Shown here: positions 36,337 through 47,892 of the stretch, piece after piece
Numbering within the stretch: the stretch's first letter is position 1
Layout of the letters: each line of letters begins with the position of its first letter
Virus record (IMG/VR): IMGVR_UViG_2516653058_000003
Span: 1 to 64,000 of that record
Direction: 5' to 3' (one strand)
From: a virus
Lineage: Duplodnaviria; Caudoviricetes
DNA: 64,000 bases
Notes under the pieces: generated by a model
Seen by the model: only the letters and a program-made list of their open reading frames with translations
Databases searched by the model: none
What the model was told of the DNA's origin: nothing
Made by a program: the position numbers and the translations under genes

Positions 36337-36753
36337 ATGTTCAAAAACTTACTCAAAAATGGCAAGAAATTACAAAACCGACAGCTCTTTGAGGCCGTCG
36401 TTGCAGGGGTGTTGCTGGTTGCCGCCGCAGGCGGTGACATCGGCAAGGCCGAGCGCGAAAAGATCGGCAAATTGTTGAAAAACAACCCGTCCCTCGACGT
36501 GTTCAAAAGCGAAATCACATCGGTGCAGACTGCTTATGAAAAGCAGTTGGATGCAGACTTTGACTTAGGTAAGTCCCGTTTGGTCAAAGAAATCCGCCAG
36601 GTTTCCGATACTCCAGACCACTGCACTGAAGTGTTCCTGAATGTGTTGTCCGTAGCAAAGGCCGATGGCGAGGTTGATGCCAAAGAGCTGGCCGTGATCA
36701 AAGAACTGGCCGACATCCTTGGCCAATCCTTAGAAGAATACGGTTTGGCCTGA
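36337..36753 (+). CDS. terB: TerB-family protein
   Basis: LVAAAGGDIGKAEREKI and LSVAKADGEVDAKELAVIKELADILG TerB signatures. Confidence 0.85.
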   Translation: MFKNLLKNGKKLQNRQLFEAVVAGVLLVAAAGGDIGKAEREKIGKLLKNNPSLDVFKSEITSVQTAYEKQLDADFDLGKSRLVKEIRQVSDTPDHCTEVFLNVLSVAKADGEVDAKELAVIKELADILGQSLEEYGLA

Positions 36754-36754
36754 T

Positions 36755-36862
36755 ATGTGGGTCATTGCATCGGCTGAGTTCCTGCTGGCGTGTGTAGGGA
36801 TTTATTTCATCGCGACACGCCTTAACCGGATACGGGACTTTATTGCCTTGAAATTCAAATGA
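36755..36862 (+). CDS. 35-aa membrane peptide (not in ORF track)
   Basis: Starts 2 nt after the terB stop; single TM with a basic tail. Confidence 0.45.
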   Translation: MWVIASAEFLLACVGIYFIATRLNRIRDFIALKFK

Positions 36863-36901
36863 CTTTAACGTCCAGGGATGGACACAACCTAGGGGATAAG
36901 T

Positions 36902-37099
36902 ATGACCATCGTTAAAATCGCCTTACTGGCTGTGGCCGTCTATGTGACATGGCTAGCAGCCACGCACGGCTACCCAGCTTCTGGGAATATCAAAACCACC
37001 CAAGAGACTTGCCAAGGGGGTGTCACCTATTTGGAAACACGACGGGGCGGCATCACTGCCGCCTATAACACAGACGGCAGCATAAGAACCTGCCAATAA
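36902..37099 (+). CDS. Small secreted/membrane-anchored protein
   Basis: N-terminal TM; CQGGVTYL..AYNTDGSIRTC motif seen in proteobacterial phages. Confidence 0.7.
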   Translation: MTIVKIALLAVAVYVTWLAATHGYPASGNIKTTQETCQGGVTYLETRRGGITAAYNTDGSIRTCQ

Positions 37100-37112
37100 C
37101 CAGACAGCCATC

Positions 37113-37147
37113 GCAGCAGCACCTGCTTTGGACTGTTAACCGGAGAC
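37113..37147 (+). promoter_or_regulatory. CAGCAC hairpin plus ACCGGAGAC RBS
   Basis: GCAG-CAGCAC-CTGC inside a longer imperfect stem; motif at 37139. Confidence 0.7.
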
Positions 37148-37151
37148 AGTT

Positions 37152-37472
37152 ATGGGGAAATTATCGGAACTCGTAAAGCTGTACAGTTCTTGGAAGGCCA
37201 CCGGCTCTACCGATTCCAAGAAGCAAATAATAGAGCTGTTGCTCCCAGCGACGACAGGCACGGATTTAAAAAATATCCGCCTTCTGTCTGCCAACCAGCT
37301 GCATGTGGTGTTGTCAGTCCAGTACCACAACCGTAACTGGCCAGTTAAACTCCGCGCCACGTTTCACGGCGTGGAAGTTTTGGTGGCCGGTCAAGACCAC
37401 AAAGGGGCGAAGAAGTACATCGCCGAAACATTCGCACGACAGTATATTGGTGGTAGCCATGCAGGAATTTGA
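37152..37472 (+). CDS. Hypothetical protein
   Basis: ACCGGAGAC RBS; 106 aa. Confidence 0.75.
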   Translation: MGKLSELVKLYSSWKATGSTDSKKQIIELLLPATTGTDLKNIRLLSANQLHVVLSVQYHNRNWPVKLRATFHGVEVLVAGQDHKGAKKYIAETFARQYIGGSHAGI

Positions 37473-37815
37473 TGAAGATAGACGGGCACCTAATCCAACT
37501 TTTGGTATGAGCGGAGTGGTGGAACAGGATTATAAGAACCCTATGCAGATTCGTCTGTCTTTAAAAGACCTGGCAGAGATAAGTGTAATTAACGCAGAGA
37601 TGTTGCAACTGCGACGGTGCTTGGAAGAAGTTTCAAGTCCTGGTGTTAAAAAGGCCACCATATCATTAATTGTTTACTACGAAAACTCACCATCCAGTAA
37701 AGCGTTAGGGGTCCCTGTTTCTGGACACAACATTGTTGCGCTCTTGCACCAACAAATTAACATCCGCAAAGCTGCGCTGGCCAAGTACGGTATAGATGTG
37801 GGAGACCTAACATGA
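37459..37815 (+). CDS. Hypothetical protein
   Basis: Start moved to ATG 37459, overlapping the upstream gene. Confidence 0.65.
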   Translation: MQEFDEDRRAPNPTFGMSGVVEQDYKNPMQIRLSLKDLAEISVINAEMLQLRRCLEEVSSPGVKKATISLIVYYENSPSSKALGVPVSGHNIVALLHQQINIRKAALAKYGIDVGDLT

Positions 37816-38043
37816 CAAAAATTGTAGTAGTTGTGGAAGGGGGTGTAGTCCAGGGGGGTGTTGTCAGATAGCGACAACGTCACCGTATTTGTACAGGACT
37901 ATGACACCGAAGATTGTAATGACAGGGATGGGTTTCTTATAGACCACCCTGGCGGCAGTTTCATATTCGGAACTCGAAAAGTAGAGGTAAACCCTGACCG
38001 AGTGAATTATCTTCACCACGCTTTATTAAGCGAATTAATGTAA
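37812..38043 (+). pseudogene. Small gene frameshifted in a G6 run
   Basis: MTKIVVVVEGGVVQG continues as VLSDSDN only if one G is removed from the run at 37853-37858. Confidence 0.7.
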
Positions 38044-38048
38044 TCAAA

Positions 38049-38089
38049 ACCCCTCAGCACAGGGGTAGCACACAACCAAAACCGGAGAC
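38049..38089 (+). promoter_or_regulatory. CAGCAC hairpin plus ACCGGAGAC RBS
   Basis: ACCCCT-CAGCAC-AGGGGT; motif at 38081. Confidence 0.85.
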
Positions 38090-38095
38090 AAAACC

Positions 38096-38935
38096 ATGAA
38101 AAGATACGCACGCTCAATGAAGGTGACCAGCTCACTCCAATCAATACACCCCATCACCGACGACCCGATCATGAAATACGCCCCCAGTATCTTGGCGGCT
38201 GATAAGCATGAGTCCCGTTCTAAGGGGTACACCTATGTGCCTACCATCCAGGTCATAGACAGGTTACGTAAAGAAGGCTTCCAGCCGTTCTATGTGGCGC
38301 AGTCCGGGACACGGGATGAAACCCGTACCGATTTTACCCGCCACATCGTCCGCTTACGCCATGCCGACCATATCGGCAAGACAGACGTCAATGAGGTTGT
38401 CCTCTTAAACTCCCATGACGGTACAAGCTCCTACCAAATGATGGCCGGCGTCCTGAATTTCGTCTGCGCCAACGGCCTGTTTATCGGGGATCTTGTGTCC
38501 AATATCCGGGTGCCACACCGTGGCAATATTGTGGAAGGCGTCATTGAAGGTTCCTACACCATTTTGCAGGAGTTCGAGAAGGTTGACCAAAGCAAGGATG
38601 AGATGAAGTCAATAACCTTGTCGGATTACGAGCGCCGGGCATTTGCCAACAGCGCCATGGCCCTCCGCTATGACCAAGGGGACGAACCGTTCGAACCCAG
38701 TCTCCTGCTATCAACCCGCCGGATGGCGCAACGCGAACCATCCCTGTGGAACACCTTTAACGTGGTGCAGGAAAGCCTGATCCGTGGCGGGGTGCCAGCC
38801 AAAACCAAGGCCGGTAAGCGCACGACCACCCGTGCCATGAACAACATCCCGGAAGCCACAAAGCTGAACCAGGCCTTGTGGATGTTGGCGGAAAGCATGA
38901 CTGGCCTGAAACACAAGCAACTGGAGGCGGCATGA
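38096..38935 (+). CDS. DUF932 family protein
   Basis: HESRSKGYTYVPTIQVIDRLRKEGF, LLNSHDGTSSYQMMAG..FVCANGL and SLWNTFNVVQE signatures. Confidence 0.9.
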   Translation: MKRYARSMKVTSSLQSIHPITDDPIMKYAPSILAADKHESRSKGYTYVPTIQVIDRLRKEGFQPFYVAQSGTRDETRTDFTRHIVRLRHADHIGKTDVNEVVLLNSHDGTSSYQMMAGVLNFVCANGLFIGDLVSNIRVPHRGNIVEGVIEGSYTILQEFEKVDQSKDEMKSITLSDYERRAFANSAMALRYDQGDEPFEPSLLLSTRRMAQREPSLWNTFNVVQESLIRGGVPAKTKAGKRTTTRAMNNIPEATKLNQALWMLAESMTGLKHKQLEAA

Positions 38936-39126
38936 CCGTGGAAGTCCTCTACTACCCTTGCATAGAAGATAGGGTAACAGGCAGGATCATCAAGAAAGTT
39001 TCCAGTCGTCCTATGACAAAGGACGAGGCCGAAAACATCTTGAAGACCCAACATTGGGACAAGTGGGTGCGGTGTGAGGCCATACCGCAGCCGGTGACTA
39101 TGATCGACAAGATTAGGAGCATGTGA
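38932..39126 (+). CDS. Hypothetical protein
   Basis: GGAGG RBS; ATGA overlap with the upstream stop. Confidence 0.65.
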   Translation: MTVEVLYYPCIEDRVTGRIIKKVSSRPMTKDEAENILKTQHWDKWVRCEAIPQPVTMIDKIRSM

Positions 39127-39242
39127 TGGATATTTTACTGTTTTTGATGGGCGTGACCGCCACCGTGTTTACCGCCGCCAAAGTGGGTTTCATTGGCTGG
39201 GCTTGTTACAAATTTTTTACTAAAGGGGGCAGCAATGGCTGA
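39126..39242 (+). CDS. 38-aa membrane peptide
   Basis: AGGAG RBS; single TM segment. Confidence 0.5.
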   Translation: MDILLFLMGVTATVFTAAKVGFIGWACYKFFTKGGSNG

Positions 39243-39574
39243 TGAGATCCATGCATTAAAAGAATTATTAGGAGACATACATCCCGGAGAGTGGGAAGTT
39301 CGATCAGGCCGCCAAAGTGGGGAGCCGATAATCTGCGTTGTTTCGTCAGGGGTTGTAGTAGTGCCATCTACTGTTGCAAGAAAATTACGATGACGAATAC
39401 ATAGCCGAAGCCCAGGGCATCATCAACAAGCTACGGGATGTGGAATCGCAATTTGAATTCACGGTGACGATTTCAGGTACCGGTACCACACCTGAGGAAG
39501 CGTATTTGGCGGCTGTGGAGGCATTATCGGAAGACCCCGGAGAGCCGCAACTGGCTGTGGCCATCTGGGATTAA
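39235..39574 (+). pseudogene. Ead/Ea22-like gene, apparently split by a frameshift near 39370
   Basis: LKELL..HPGEWEV in one frame and DDEYIAEA in the next together match the TPGPW...DAEFIAAA pattern. Confidence 0.5.
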
Positions 39575-39632
39575 TAAACAGCAGAACGACTTTTACATGT
39601 TGTTCACACATATATATAAGGTGGAGGTAAAA

Positions 39633-40614
39633 ATGCCAAAAATTGAAAAGCTAACCCCCAGAACAAATGGAGGCCATGCCTAAATGGGCTGACAAATGGG
39701 TACAAATCGGACTTTCAACAGAAAAATCAGACCTAGACGAAGCTATTTTATACGCCCATAAGGCATATGAGTTGGCAGGGCAACCAAAACCAAAATTATC
39801 AATAAAAGTCGATAGCCCTTTGGCTGCACACTACGCGGGGGTTATTGGATATTTAATTATAAGTAACTTCCCTGACTCTGTCCAGGACTCTGTCCTGGAC
39901 TCTGTCCGGGCCTCTGTCCGGGCCTCTGTCCTGGACTCTGTCCCGGCCTCTGTCGGGAGTGATAGCTTACAAAAGTTATTACAGGACAGTTTTAATAATT
40001 ACTACCTGTCTAATATCTATTCAGGATTTCCGGCGTTTGCAACGTTTTTCAGGGATATTTGCGGGATTGAGATAGACAGATTGGATATCCTGGAAAAACT
40101 TAGCACTATTCCAGGGTGGACATGGTGGCATTCGGATGTATTCGTTGTGTCACAAAAACCATGCTTATTAAAACTTGATAATGAAGGAAGATTGCACTCA
40201 GAAAACACTCCAGCGATACAATACCGTGACGGATGGTCATTGTATTATTGGCATGGAGTGACCGTTCCTGAAAATTGGATTATGGACAAAGGGAGTATTG
40301 ATCCAGTGACTGCCTTGACATGGGAGAATGTGGAACAACGCCGGTGCGCCGCTGAAATAATAGGTTGGGATAAAGTGTTATCACAATTGAACCCAACAGT
40401 TATTGATACGGATAGTGATCCCATGATTGGGCAATTGTTGGAGGTGGATTTGCCTGACTCAGGGGCCGAAAAATTCTTGAAGGTGCTTTGCGGCACAGGG
40501 AGACATTTTTGTTTACCTGTTCCGCCAGAGATGAAAACCGCCATGCAAGCGTCCGCCTGGACATACGGTCTGGATGACCAAATCAACAACTATATAGTAG
40601 AGGTTAGAACATGA
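39633..40614 (+). pseudogene. DUF6745-like protein with frameshift at codon 9
   Basis: GGAGG RBS; MPKIEKLTP joins EQMEAMPKWADKW only if one C is removed from 39655-39659; GRLHSENTPAIQYRDGWSLYYWHGV signature. Confidence 0.75.
39874..39957 (+). repeat. Seven tandem 12-bp repeats encoding SVxx tetrapeptides
   Basis: Units of (GA/GC)CTCTGTCCnG; protein DSVQDSVLDSVRASVRASVLDSVPASVG. Confidence 0.9.
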
Positions 40615-40942
40615 AAACATTTACACAAATGGCAGCCCAAGGCGATTTATTAATTCGTCGAATTTAAAAATTACCGGAAGGTTTAACGAAAATTGAACCA
40701 AAAGATGGGAAACTGGCCACAATCATGTTATTGCAGATAATCCAAACGTCACCTTATTCACCACAGGCGACCTAATGATTAGTTACTTAAAAGTGGTTGA
40801 ATCGTGCGATTAAGTTGAAACCATACTCGAACACCTACGGACATTTGACACCCACGAAGCCATCCAGATCCCTGCTGGAGTCTACGAGATCCGCCGCCAA
40901 CGCGAATACACGCCACAAGGTTGGCGGCGCGTCGAAGATTAA
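40611..40942 (+). pseudogene. Conserved DUF6745 partner gene with two TAA stops and a frameshifting deletion
   Basis: QGDLLI..*..GHNH..*..HEAIQIPAGVYEIRRQREY; stops at 40665 and 40811; frame change near 40712. Confidence 0.8.
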
Positions 40943-40955
40943 TACCTCTTAACAA

Positions 40956-40999
40956 CCCCAACTTCAACAGCACTTGAGGTTGGGGCACTCACCGGAGAC
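40956..40999 (+). promoter_or_regulatory. CAGCAC hairpin plus ACCGGAGAC RBS
   Basis: 12-bp stem with one G-U; motif at 40991. Confidence 0.88.
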
Positions 41000-41004
41000 C
41001 TACA

Positions 41005-41295
41005 ATGATTACCATAGATGAAACCTGTGCACGCCGCCGGGCGTGGCACGCCGCCGCTAGTATCCCTGTCATTGATATGAGTCCACTACACTCGGAAGAG
41101 CTGAAGGACTGTTTCATTAACGACATCTGCAACTGTGTCGAAACCGACACCTTTTTTTCCGATTGGTTAGAAGAGAACTACCCGGACATCGAGTCATTTA
41201 ACGGTTTCGATGACCTGACAGTTTTACAGGTGTCTGAACTGGTTAGAAGTTCAGCGGAAGAAATCATAACCACAGTGTTGGAGCTTCCATTATGA
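41005..41295 (+). CDS. Hypothetical acidic protein
   Basis: ACCGGAGAC RBS; 96 aa. Confidence 0.7.
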   Translation: MITIDETCARRRAWHAAASIPVIDMSPLHSEELKDCFINDICNCVETDTFFSDWLEENYPDIESFNGFDDLTVLQVSELVRSSAEEIITTVLELPL

Positions 41296-41380
41296 GCACT
41301 CCAACCCCTGCCCAAGCTATCCAAATAGCCAAAACCCGCCGGACGTGTACACCACAGACCCAACTGACATTCAAGAATAA

Positions 41381-43474
<2,094 letters not shown>

Positions 43475-43496
43475 TATAGAAATAATTTAACCAACA

Positions 43497-43542
43497 GCAA
43501 CCACCTTTCAGCACAAAAGGTGGTTGCCAACATACCGGAGAC
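43497..43542 (+). promoter_or_regulatory. CAGCAC hairpin plus ACCGGAGAC RBS
   Basis: GCAACCACCTTT-CAGCACA-AAAGGTGGTTGC. Confidence 0.88.
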
Positions 43543-43547
43543 AACCA

Positions 43548-44216
43548 ATGACCGACGTACAAAGAAACAGCTATGGAAGTATTCTTAACCCCCCTCAATT
43601 TGTCCAGACTTTGTTAATGGACGCTGAGAGAAAGGGCTGCTGGGAGACAGGTATAGCAGCAGACAAAAAGAATCGCGGATCCTCTATTAACATAGCAGTG
43701 TATGGGTTCAACGAACTTGAACAACTAGCTGTTGTACAGGTCCGAGAATGTCAGTTCCACCCTCGGCGGTTTAATAGAGTACGGAAAGATTATTACCTTT
43801 TGGGTAGGATAGAAAGTGGGGAGGTGTTTGCACACGCTGTAGATAGCCCATGCCGTTCAAAATTAGCTATGTCCAACCCACAATACTGTGTCGATTATGT
43901 ACTATCAAAAATATGGCAGTGTCATATCGACGACATCAAAGACATTATCCGACAAGGAGATGTTGCACTAATCCCTATCATCAGCATACCCGCCACGGCA
44001 ACACCTGTAGAAGATGCAGTGGTGATACGAGAAACGCACAAAGTTACAGGGGATGTTTTTAAAGACACTTCTGGTGTGTTGTATTGTAGACGCGGAGCTA
44101 AGATAACACATACCAAAGGAGAACATGCTACGATAAAGGCACGGTCTGGATTTTATCGCATACAACCAGGATACCGAGCTAGTGTTTGGGGTTTCTCTAC
44201 ACCTACCCCAGATTGA
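43548..44216 (+). CDS. Hypothetical protein; C-terminal domain related to the 40611 pseudogene
   Basis: Start moved to ATG 43548 by RBS; RQGDVALIP..HTKGEHATI..GFYRI. Confidence 0.75.
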   Translation: MTDVQRNSYGSILNPPQFVQTLLMDAERKGCWETGIAADKKNRGSSINIAVYGFNELEQLAVVQVRECQFHPRRFNRVRKDYYLLGRIESGEVFAHAVDSPCRSKLAMSNPQYCVDYVLSKIWQCHIDDIKDIIRQGDVALIPIISIPATATPVEDAVVIRETHKVTGDVFKDTSGVLYCRRGAKITHTKGEHATIKARSGFYRIQPGYRASVWGFSTPTPD

Positions 44217-44229
44217 TAGAGGTATGGCC

Positions 44230-44604
44230 ATGTTTACCACATTAACCACAAACAAAGTGTTTGTGTATTGGAACTTACACAAACAGCTCTGGTCCGTCCG
44301 TGACCAGACTACCCGCAAAGTCACCGCCCACTTGACCTTTTTCTGTTTAGCCAACTGCCAGTTCGTCGTCAACGAAAAAGGCCGCCAGCGCGTCATACGT
44401 ACCGGACATAAGAATGTCCATGCCGGTGTTACTGGGTATTTTGTAGACTGCACCCCTGTAACAAACCGCCCCTGGGGGTGTGACCGTGTCACTTACAACC
44501 CACAAACCCACACTTCCTTTAAACGAGGAGGGGTGCCAATCCAAGAATCCAACTACACCCTATTCCTGCCTAACAAGCAGGTATTGGCTGTTGACTGCCT
44601 TTAG
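44230..44604 (+). CDS. Conserved phage protein
   Basis: KVFVYWNLHKQLWSVR..GRQRVIRTGHKNVHAGV motif of a widespread phage family. Confidence 0.75.
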   Translation: MFTTLTTNKVFVYWNLHKQLWSVRDQTTRKVTAHLTFFCLANCQFVVNEKGRQRVIRTGHKNVHAGVTGYFVDCTPVTNRPWGCDRVTYNPQTHTSFKRGGVPIQESNYTLFLPNKQVLAVDCL

Positions 44605-44748
44605 AAGGAGATTTTATGGGCGCACCACACCCTCAATGCCTTTGACGTGTACCCAAACCTGAACCATCCCAATCGGCACAAGTATGCGCAAGAACCTGTC
44701 ACTTTACCGTCTAAGTCCGAAGTTTTAATCGAAGAACAGTAACCCCAT

Positions 44749-44795
44749 GGTCACCATTTTTCAGCACAAAAATGGTGGCCAATCTAACCGGAGAC
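44749..44795 (+). promoter_or_regulatory. CAGCAC hairpin plus ACCGGAGAC RBS
   Basis: 13-bp stem with one G-U; motif at 44787. Confidence 0.88.
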
Positions 44796-44801
44796 ATACC
44801 T

Positions 44802-46430
44802 ATGACAATATCCCAACTGATTACCGACGAAGTCGAGCAATTTTTCGCCCCTGTATCAACTGACGCAATCAATGCGCTAATTAGCAAGTACCAACGAGAC
44901 CGAGTTCAACTTGAATCGGTTTCTAATATAGTTCTGGATGGTCTCAGCTCAGTATTCCACTACTTCACGAGTGGCAACCTCAAAGGAGAACGATATATCA
45001 GCGTAGCTCCATCCACATTGTTTAATCCTGTTGGCGCAGTGGCATCCCTTAATTCGGCTTATTGGTCACAAGCATTAGCTTTGACTGATGTGTTGGATTT
45101 CATGCCACAAAAACGTAGGGAGGAGTGGAATACACAAATCCACGAAATGACCACGCCGGATTTTGTTGAAGATACGGTGCGTGCCACCCTCATGGATTTA
45201 ATTTTAATGCGGTCCCAGTTCTTTTCCGAGCGGGTTGACGGGGTGTTCCGGGCATTGTCGAAAAGTCACGTAACCAACACCCCGGAAGGGTTCAACAAAC
45301 GGATGATTATTGAAAACGTCATCAGCTCTTACGGCACGGTCGAGTATAACAAAGCCGGATACATTCACGATCTCCGTTGTATTGTGGCGAAGTTTATGGG
45401 TCTGGAAGACCCGTCCGGCCATATCACCGGTAGGCTGATTGACCGGATAAAGAACACCCCTGGCGAATGGGTAGAGCTTGATGGAGGTGCTTTGAGAATC
45501 AAAGTATTCAAGAAAGGCACAGCACATTTGGAAGTCCACCCTGACATGGCGTGGCGATTGAATGCGGTTCTGGCCAGCCTCTACCCCGCTGCTATCCCAT
45601 CTAAATTCCGCACCAAGCCGGAATCCAGACCTAAAGAGTATCGCCTTATCCAGCAGCCAATATCGACTGACGTACGGGAGATGTTATATGAAGGGACTTA
45701 TTTCGATGAATCCAACTACCAACGTGTCGGCTCGGATCATCAGAAATACCTTAAAAGAATTCACTCATTTTGTTTTAAATACACATCCAAAGAACACCCA
45801 ACCACACTGTCTGCAGCAAAAGCTGCTTTAGAAGCTATTGGTGGTGTTGTGCAAAGCAACGGCGAAATTTGGTTCGACTACAACGCCAGAGACATTATCC
45901 AAGAAATTATCATCCGTGGTTGTTTACCGGACGACAAGTCACATCAATTCTACCCTACCCCTAAGTGGTTGGCAGAACGTTTGGTGGATATGGCGGAGCT
46001 GGAACCGGATATGAAGTGTCTGGAGCCTGAAGCTGGCCTGGGGGCGATTGCTGACGTGATCGCCGAGCGTATCCCCAACGACAAAGTAGACTGTGTGGAA
46101 ATATCGGAGCTGCGTTGCGAAGTGCTGAAGGCCAAAGGGTATATGACGTTGTGCAAAGACTTTTTGACCATGAAATATGACCATAGATTGTTTAAACCTT
46201 GGCCGCGAATCATCATGAACCCTCCGTTCAGTGAAGGACGTGCTTTAGCACATGTTAAGCACGCCTCGACTTGGCTGACTGAGGATGGCATCCTGGTTGC
46301 CATTATGCCTGCAAGTTACATTGGCAAAGATATTCTGCCGGGATTCCATATCACATGGTCTGAACGCATCGACAACGCCTTTGACGGAGCTGGCGTGTCA
46401 GTAGCCTTAATGAAAGCAGTAAAGAAGTAA
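44802..46430 (+). CDS. DUF4942-domain class I SAM DNA methyltransferase
   Basis: QFYPTP, LEPEAGLG SAM-binding motif and MNPPF catalytic motif; N-terminal DUF4942-type region. Confidence 0.85.
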   Translation: MTISQLITDEVEQFFAPVSTDAINALISKYQRDRVQLESVSNIVLDGLSSVFHYFTSGNLKGERYISVAPSTLFNPVGAVASLNSAYWSQALALTDVLDFMPQKRREEWNTQIHEMTTPDFVEDTVRATLMDLILMRSQFFSERVDGVFRALSKSHVTNTPEGFNKRMIIENVISSYGTVEYNKAGYIHDLRCIVAKFMGLEDPSGHITGRLIDRIKNTPGEWVELDGGALRIKVFKKGTAHLEVHPDMAWRLNAVLASLYPAAIPSKFRTKPESRPKEYRLIQQPISTDVREMLYEGTYFDESNYQRVGSDHQKYLKRIHSFCFKYTSKEHPTTLSAAKAALEAIGGVVQSNGEIWFDYNARDIIQEIIIRGCLPDDKSHQFYPTPKWLAERLVDMAELEPDMKCLEPEAGLGAIADVIAERIPNDKVDCVEISELRCEVLKAKGYMTLCKDFLTMKYDHRLFKPWPRIIMNPPFSEGRALAHVKHASTWLTEDGILVAIMPASYIGKDILPGFHITWSERIDNAFDGAGVSVALMKAVKK

Positions 46431-46436
46431 ACCCAC

Positions 46437-46478
46437 ACCAACCCTCAGCACAGGGTTGGTAACCACCCCACCGGAGAC
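46437..46478 (+). promoter_or_regulatory. CAGCAC hairpin plus ACCGGAGAC RBS
   Basis: ACCAACCCT-CAGCAC-AGGGTTGGT. Confidence 0.88.
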
Positions 46479-46486
46479 CCACAACA

Positions 46487-47182
46487 ATGTCGTATCTATT
46501 GTACGAAGGCCCATCCATGCTTGATGGAAAGCCCATCTTCATGGTTCTCACCGGGACGGAGCAACCGTCCCGCAACTCCAAAACTGGCCCCATGTTACAG
46601 ACGTGGATATTGAGGTCAGATGTTAACCCTTTAGATGCAATGCGCTTCAACGAAGACGTTTCTATCTGTGGCAATTGCCCGTTACGAGGGAGTGAAGGCA
46701 AAGGGCGGTCATGTTACGTCACCGTCGCCCGCGCACCGTATCAAATATACAAATCCAAACCCAACCTGAAGAAAATCAAAAAGCACATATTCAAAAACCG
46801 GGCGGTTCGCCTTGGAGCGTATGGTGACCCGGCGGCGATTCCTACTGAGGTGATTGCCGATATTCGCAAACGCGCCATCATGACCACTGGCTACACTCAC
46901 CAGTGGCGGACTTGTGACCAAGACCTTAAGCAGTTTATGATGGCCTCCTGTGACAGTGAGCAGGATCGGGAAGAAGCTAAGGCTTTAGGGTGGGCGACTT
47001 TACGTGTTAAAAAAGCTGACGACTCAAAACTGCCCGGAGAAGTTACCTGCCCGGCTTCTGAGGAAGCCGGTAAGAAAATGACCTGCTATAACTGTGGCCT
47101 GTGCCGTGGCGGCGATACTTCGGATGTCGTTATCAATGTGCATGGGGTGGGATTTAGAAATTTCGGGAGGGTGTATGGGTGA
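46487..47182 (+). CDS. Cys-rich conserved phage protein (possible Fe-S enzyme)
   Basis: ICGNCPL..CYV, RLGAYGDP, GYTHQW and C-terminal CPA..CYNCGLC. Confidence 0.7.
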   Translation: MSYLLYEGPSMLDGKPIFMVLTGTEQPSRNSKTGPMLQTWILRSDVNPLDAMRFNEDVSICGNCPLRGSEGKGRSCYVTVARAPYQIYKSKPNLKKIKKHIFKNRAVRLGAYGDPAAIPTEVIADIRKRAIMTTGYTHQWRTCDQDLKQFMMASCDSEQDREEAKALGWATLRVKKADDSKLPGEVTCPASEEAGKKMTCYNCGLCRGGDTSDVVINVHGVGFRNFGRVYG

Positions 47183-47582
47183 AGATTCTGGAGAACAAGA
47201 TGTGTTACTTTTGTTAACACAAACGTATGACCAAGAACGTATACGTGACTTGAACATATTGCCTAAACTTATGCCGGGCTTGGTGAGAGCTTCGGCAATT
47301 ATAGGGGAACTACCGATAGGGTACATCCGCCGATACTTGAAGCTAATCGATGCACCTGTCGGTAACAAAAAAGTGATTATGGTAGAAGCCTGGGGCTGGT
47401 TATACAACAACCAGCACGAGTTGCCTTATACGGTGGCTCCAGTGGATATGGGTTTGGTTGCGGAATGGTTTCCACAAACGTCCTTTGCAACGTGTAATGA
47501 ATTATCTAAACTTGATGTGTCACAAGTGTTATTAAAACCTAGACCCACCAAACCTTGGTGGCGTAGAAACCAAAGGTGGTAA
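47175..47582 (+). CDS. Hypothetical protein
   Basis: GGAGG RBS before ATG 47175. Confidence 0.6.
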   Translation: MGEDSGEQDVLLLLTQTYDQERIRDLNILPKLMPGLVRASAIIGELPIGYIRRYLKLIDAPVGNKKVIMVEAWGWLYNNQHELPYTVAPVDMGLVAEWFPQTSFATCNELSKLDVSQVLLKPRPTKPWWRRNQRW

Positions 47583-47586
47583 ATAT

Positions 47587-47892
47587 ATGAAAGCAACCTT
47601 AACCGTCATCACAACAACAATGATAGAAGTAACCGTTGACGACAACATCTTTACTCCGGCAGAGTTGAATGAGTTTGAGCAGAATATGTTTGCCTTAGAT
47701 TCCCACGCCACCCGCGAACATAGCCTACTGTCTTACATAGGAATTCAAATAGCTATTTCTGAAGGTACTATAGAAGATATTGAATGTGTGGGAAAAGCTA
47801 CCCGTAAAGCTTTGGTGCGGGAATTTAACCCGGTAGTCCGTTTTGACATAATAGACACCGATCATGAAGTTGAAATTAGCGAGGAGACTTGA
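47587..47892 (+). CDS. Hypothetical acidic protein
   Basis: 101 aa, tightly packed between neighbours. Confidence 0.65.
   Translation: MKATLTVITTTMIEVTVDDNIFTPAELNEFEQNMFALDSHATREHSLLSYIGIQIAISEGTIEDIECVGKATRKALVREFNPVVRFDIIDTDHEVEISEET

Noticed and set aside
39874-39957. Diversity-generating retroelement repeats
   Set aside because: These are simple 12-bp coding tandem repeats; no reverse transcriptase or TR/VR pair with adenine-specific differences was seen.
36160-40942. Stop-codon reassignment explaining the in-frame TAA codons
   Set aside because: Many intact genes end in TAA, and the same region also has frameshifts, so decay explains it better.
44616-44742. Possible further frameshifted small gene after an AAGGAG RBS
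   Set aside because: The ORF stops after 9 codons, and no recognisable homology supports a repaired reading.
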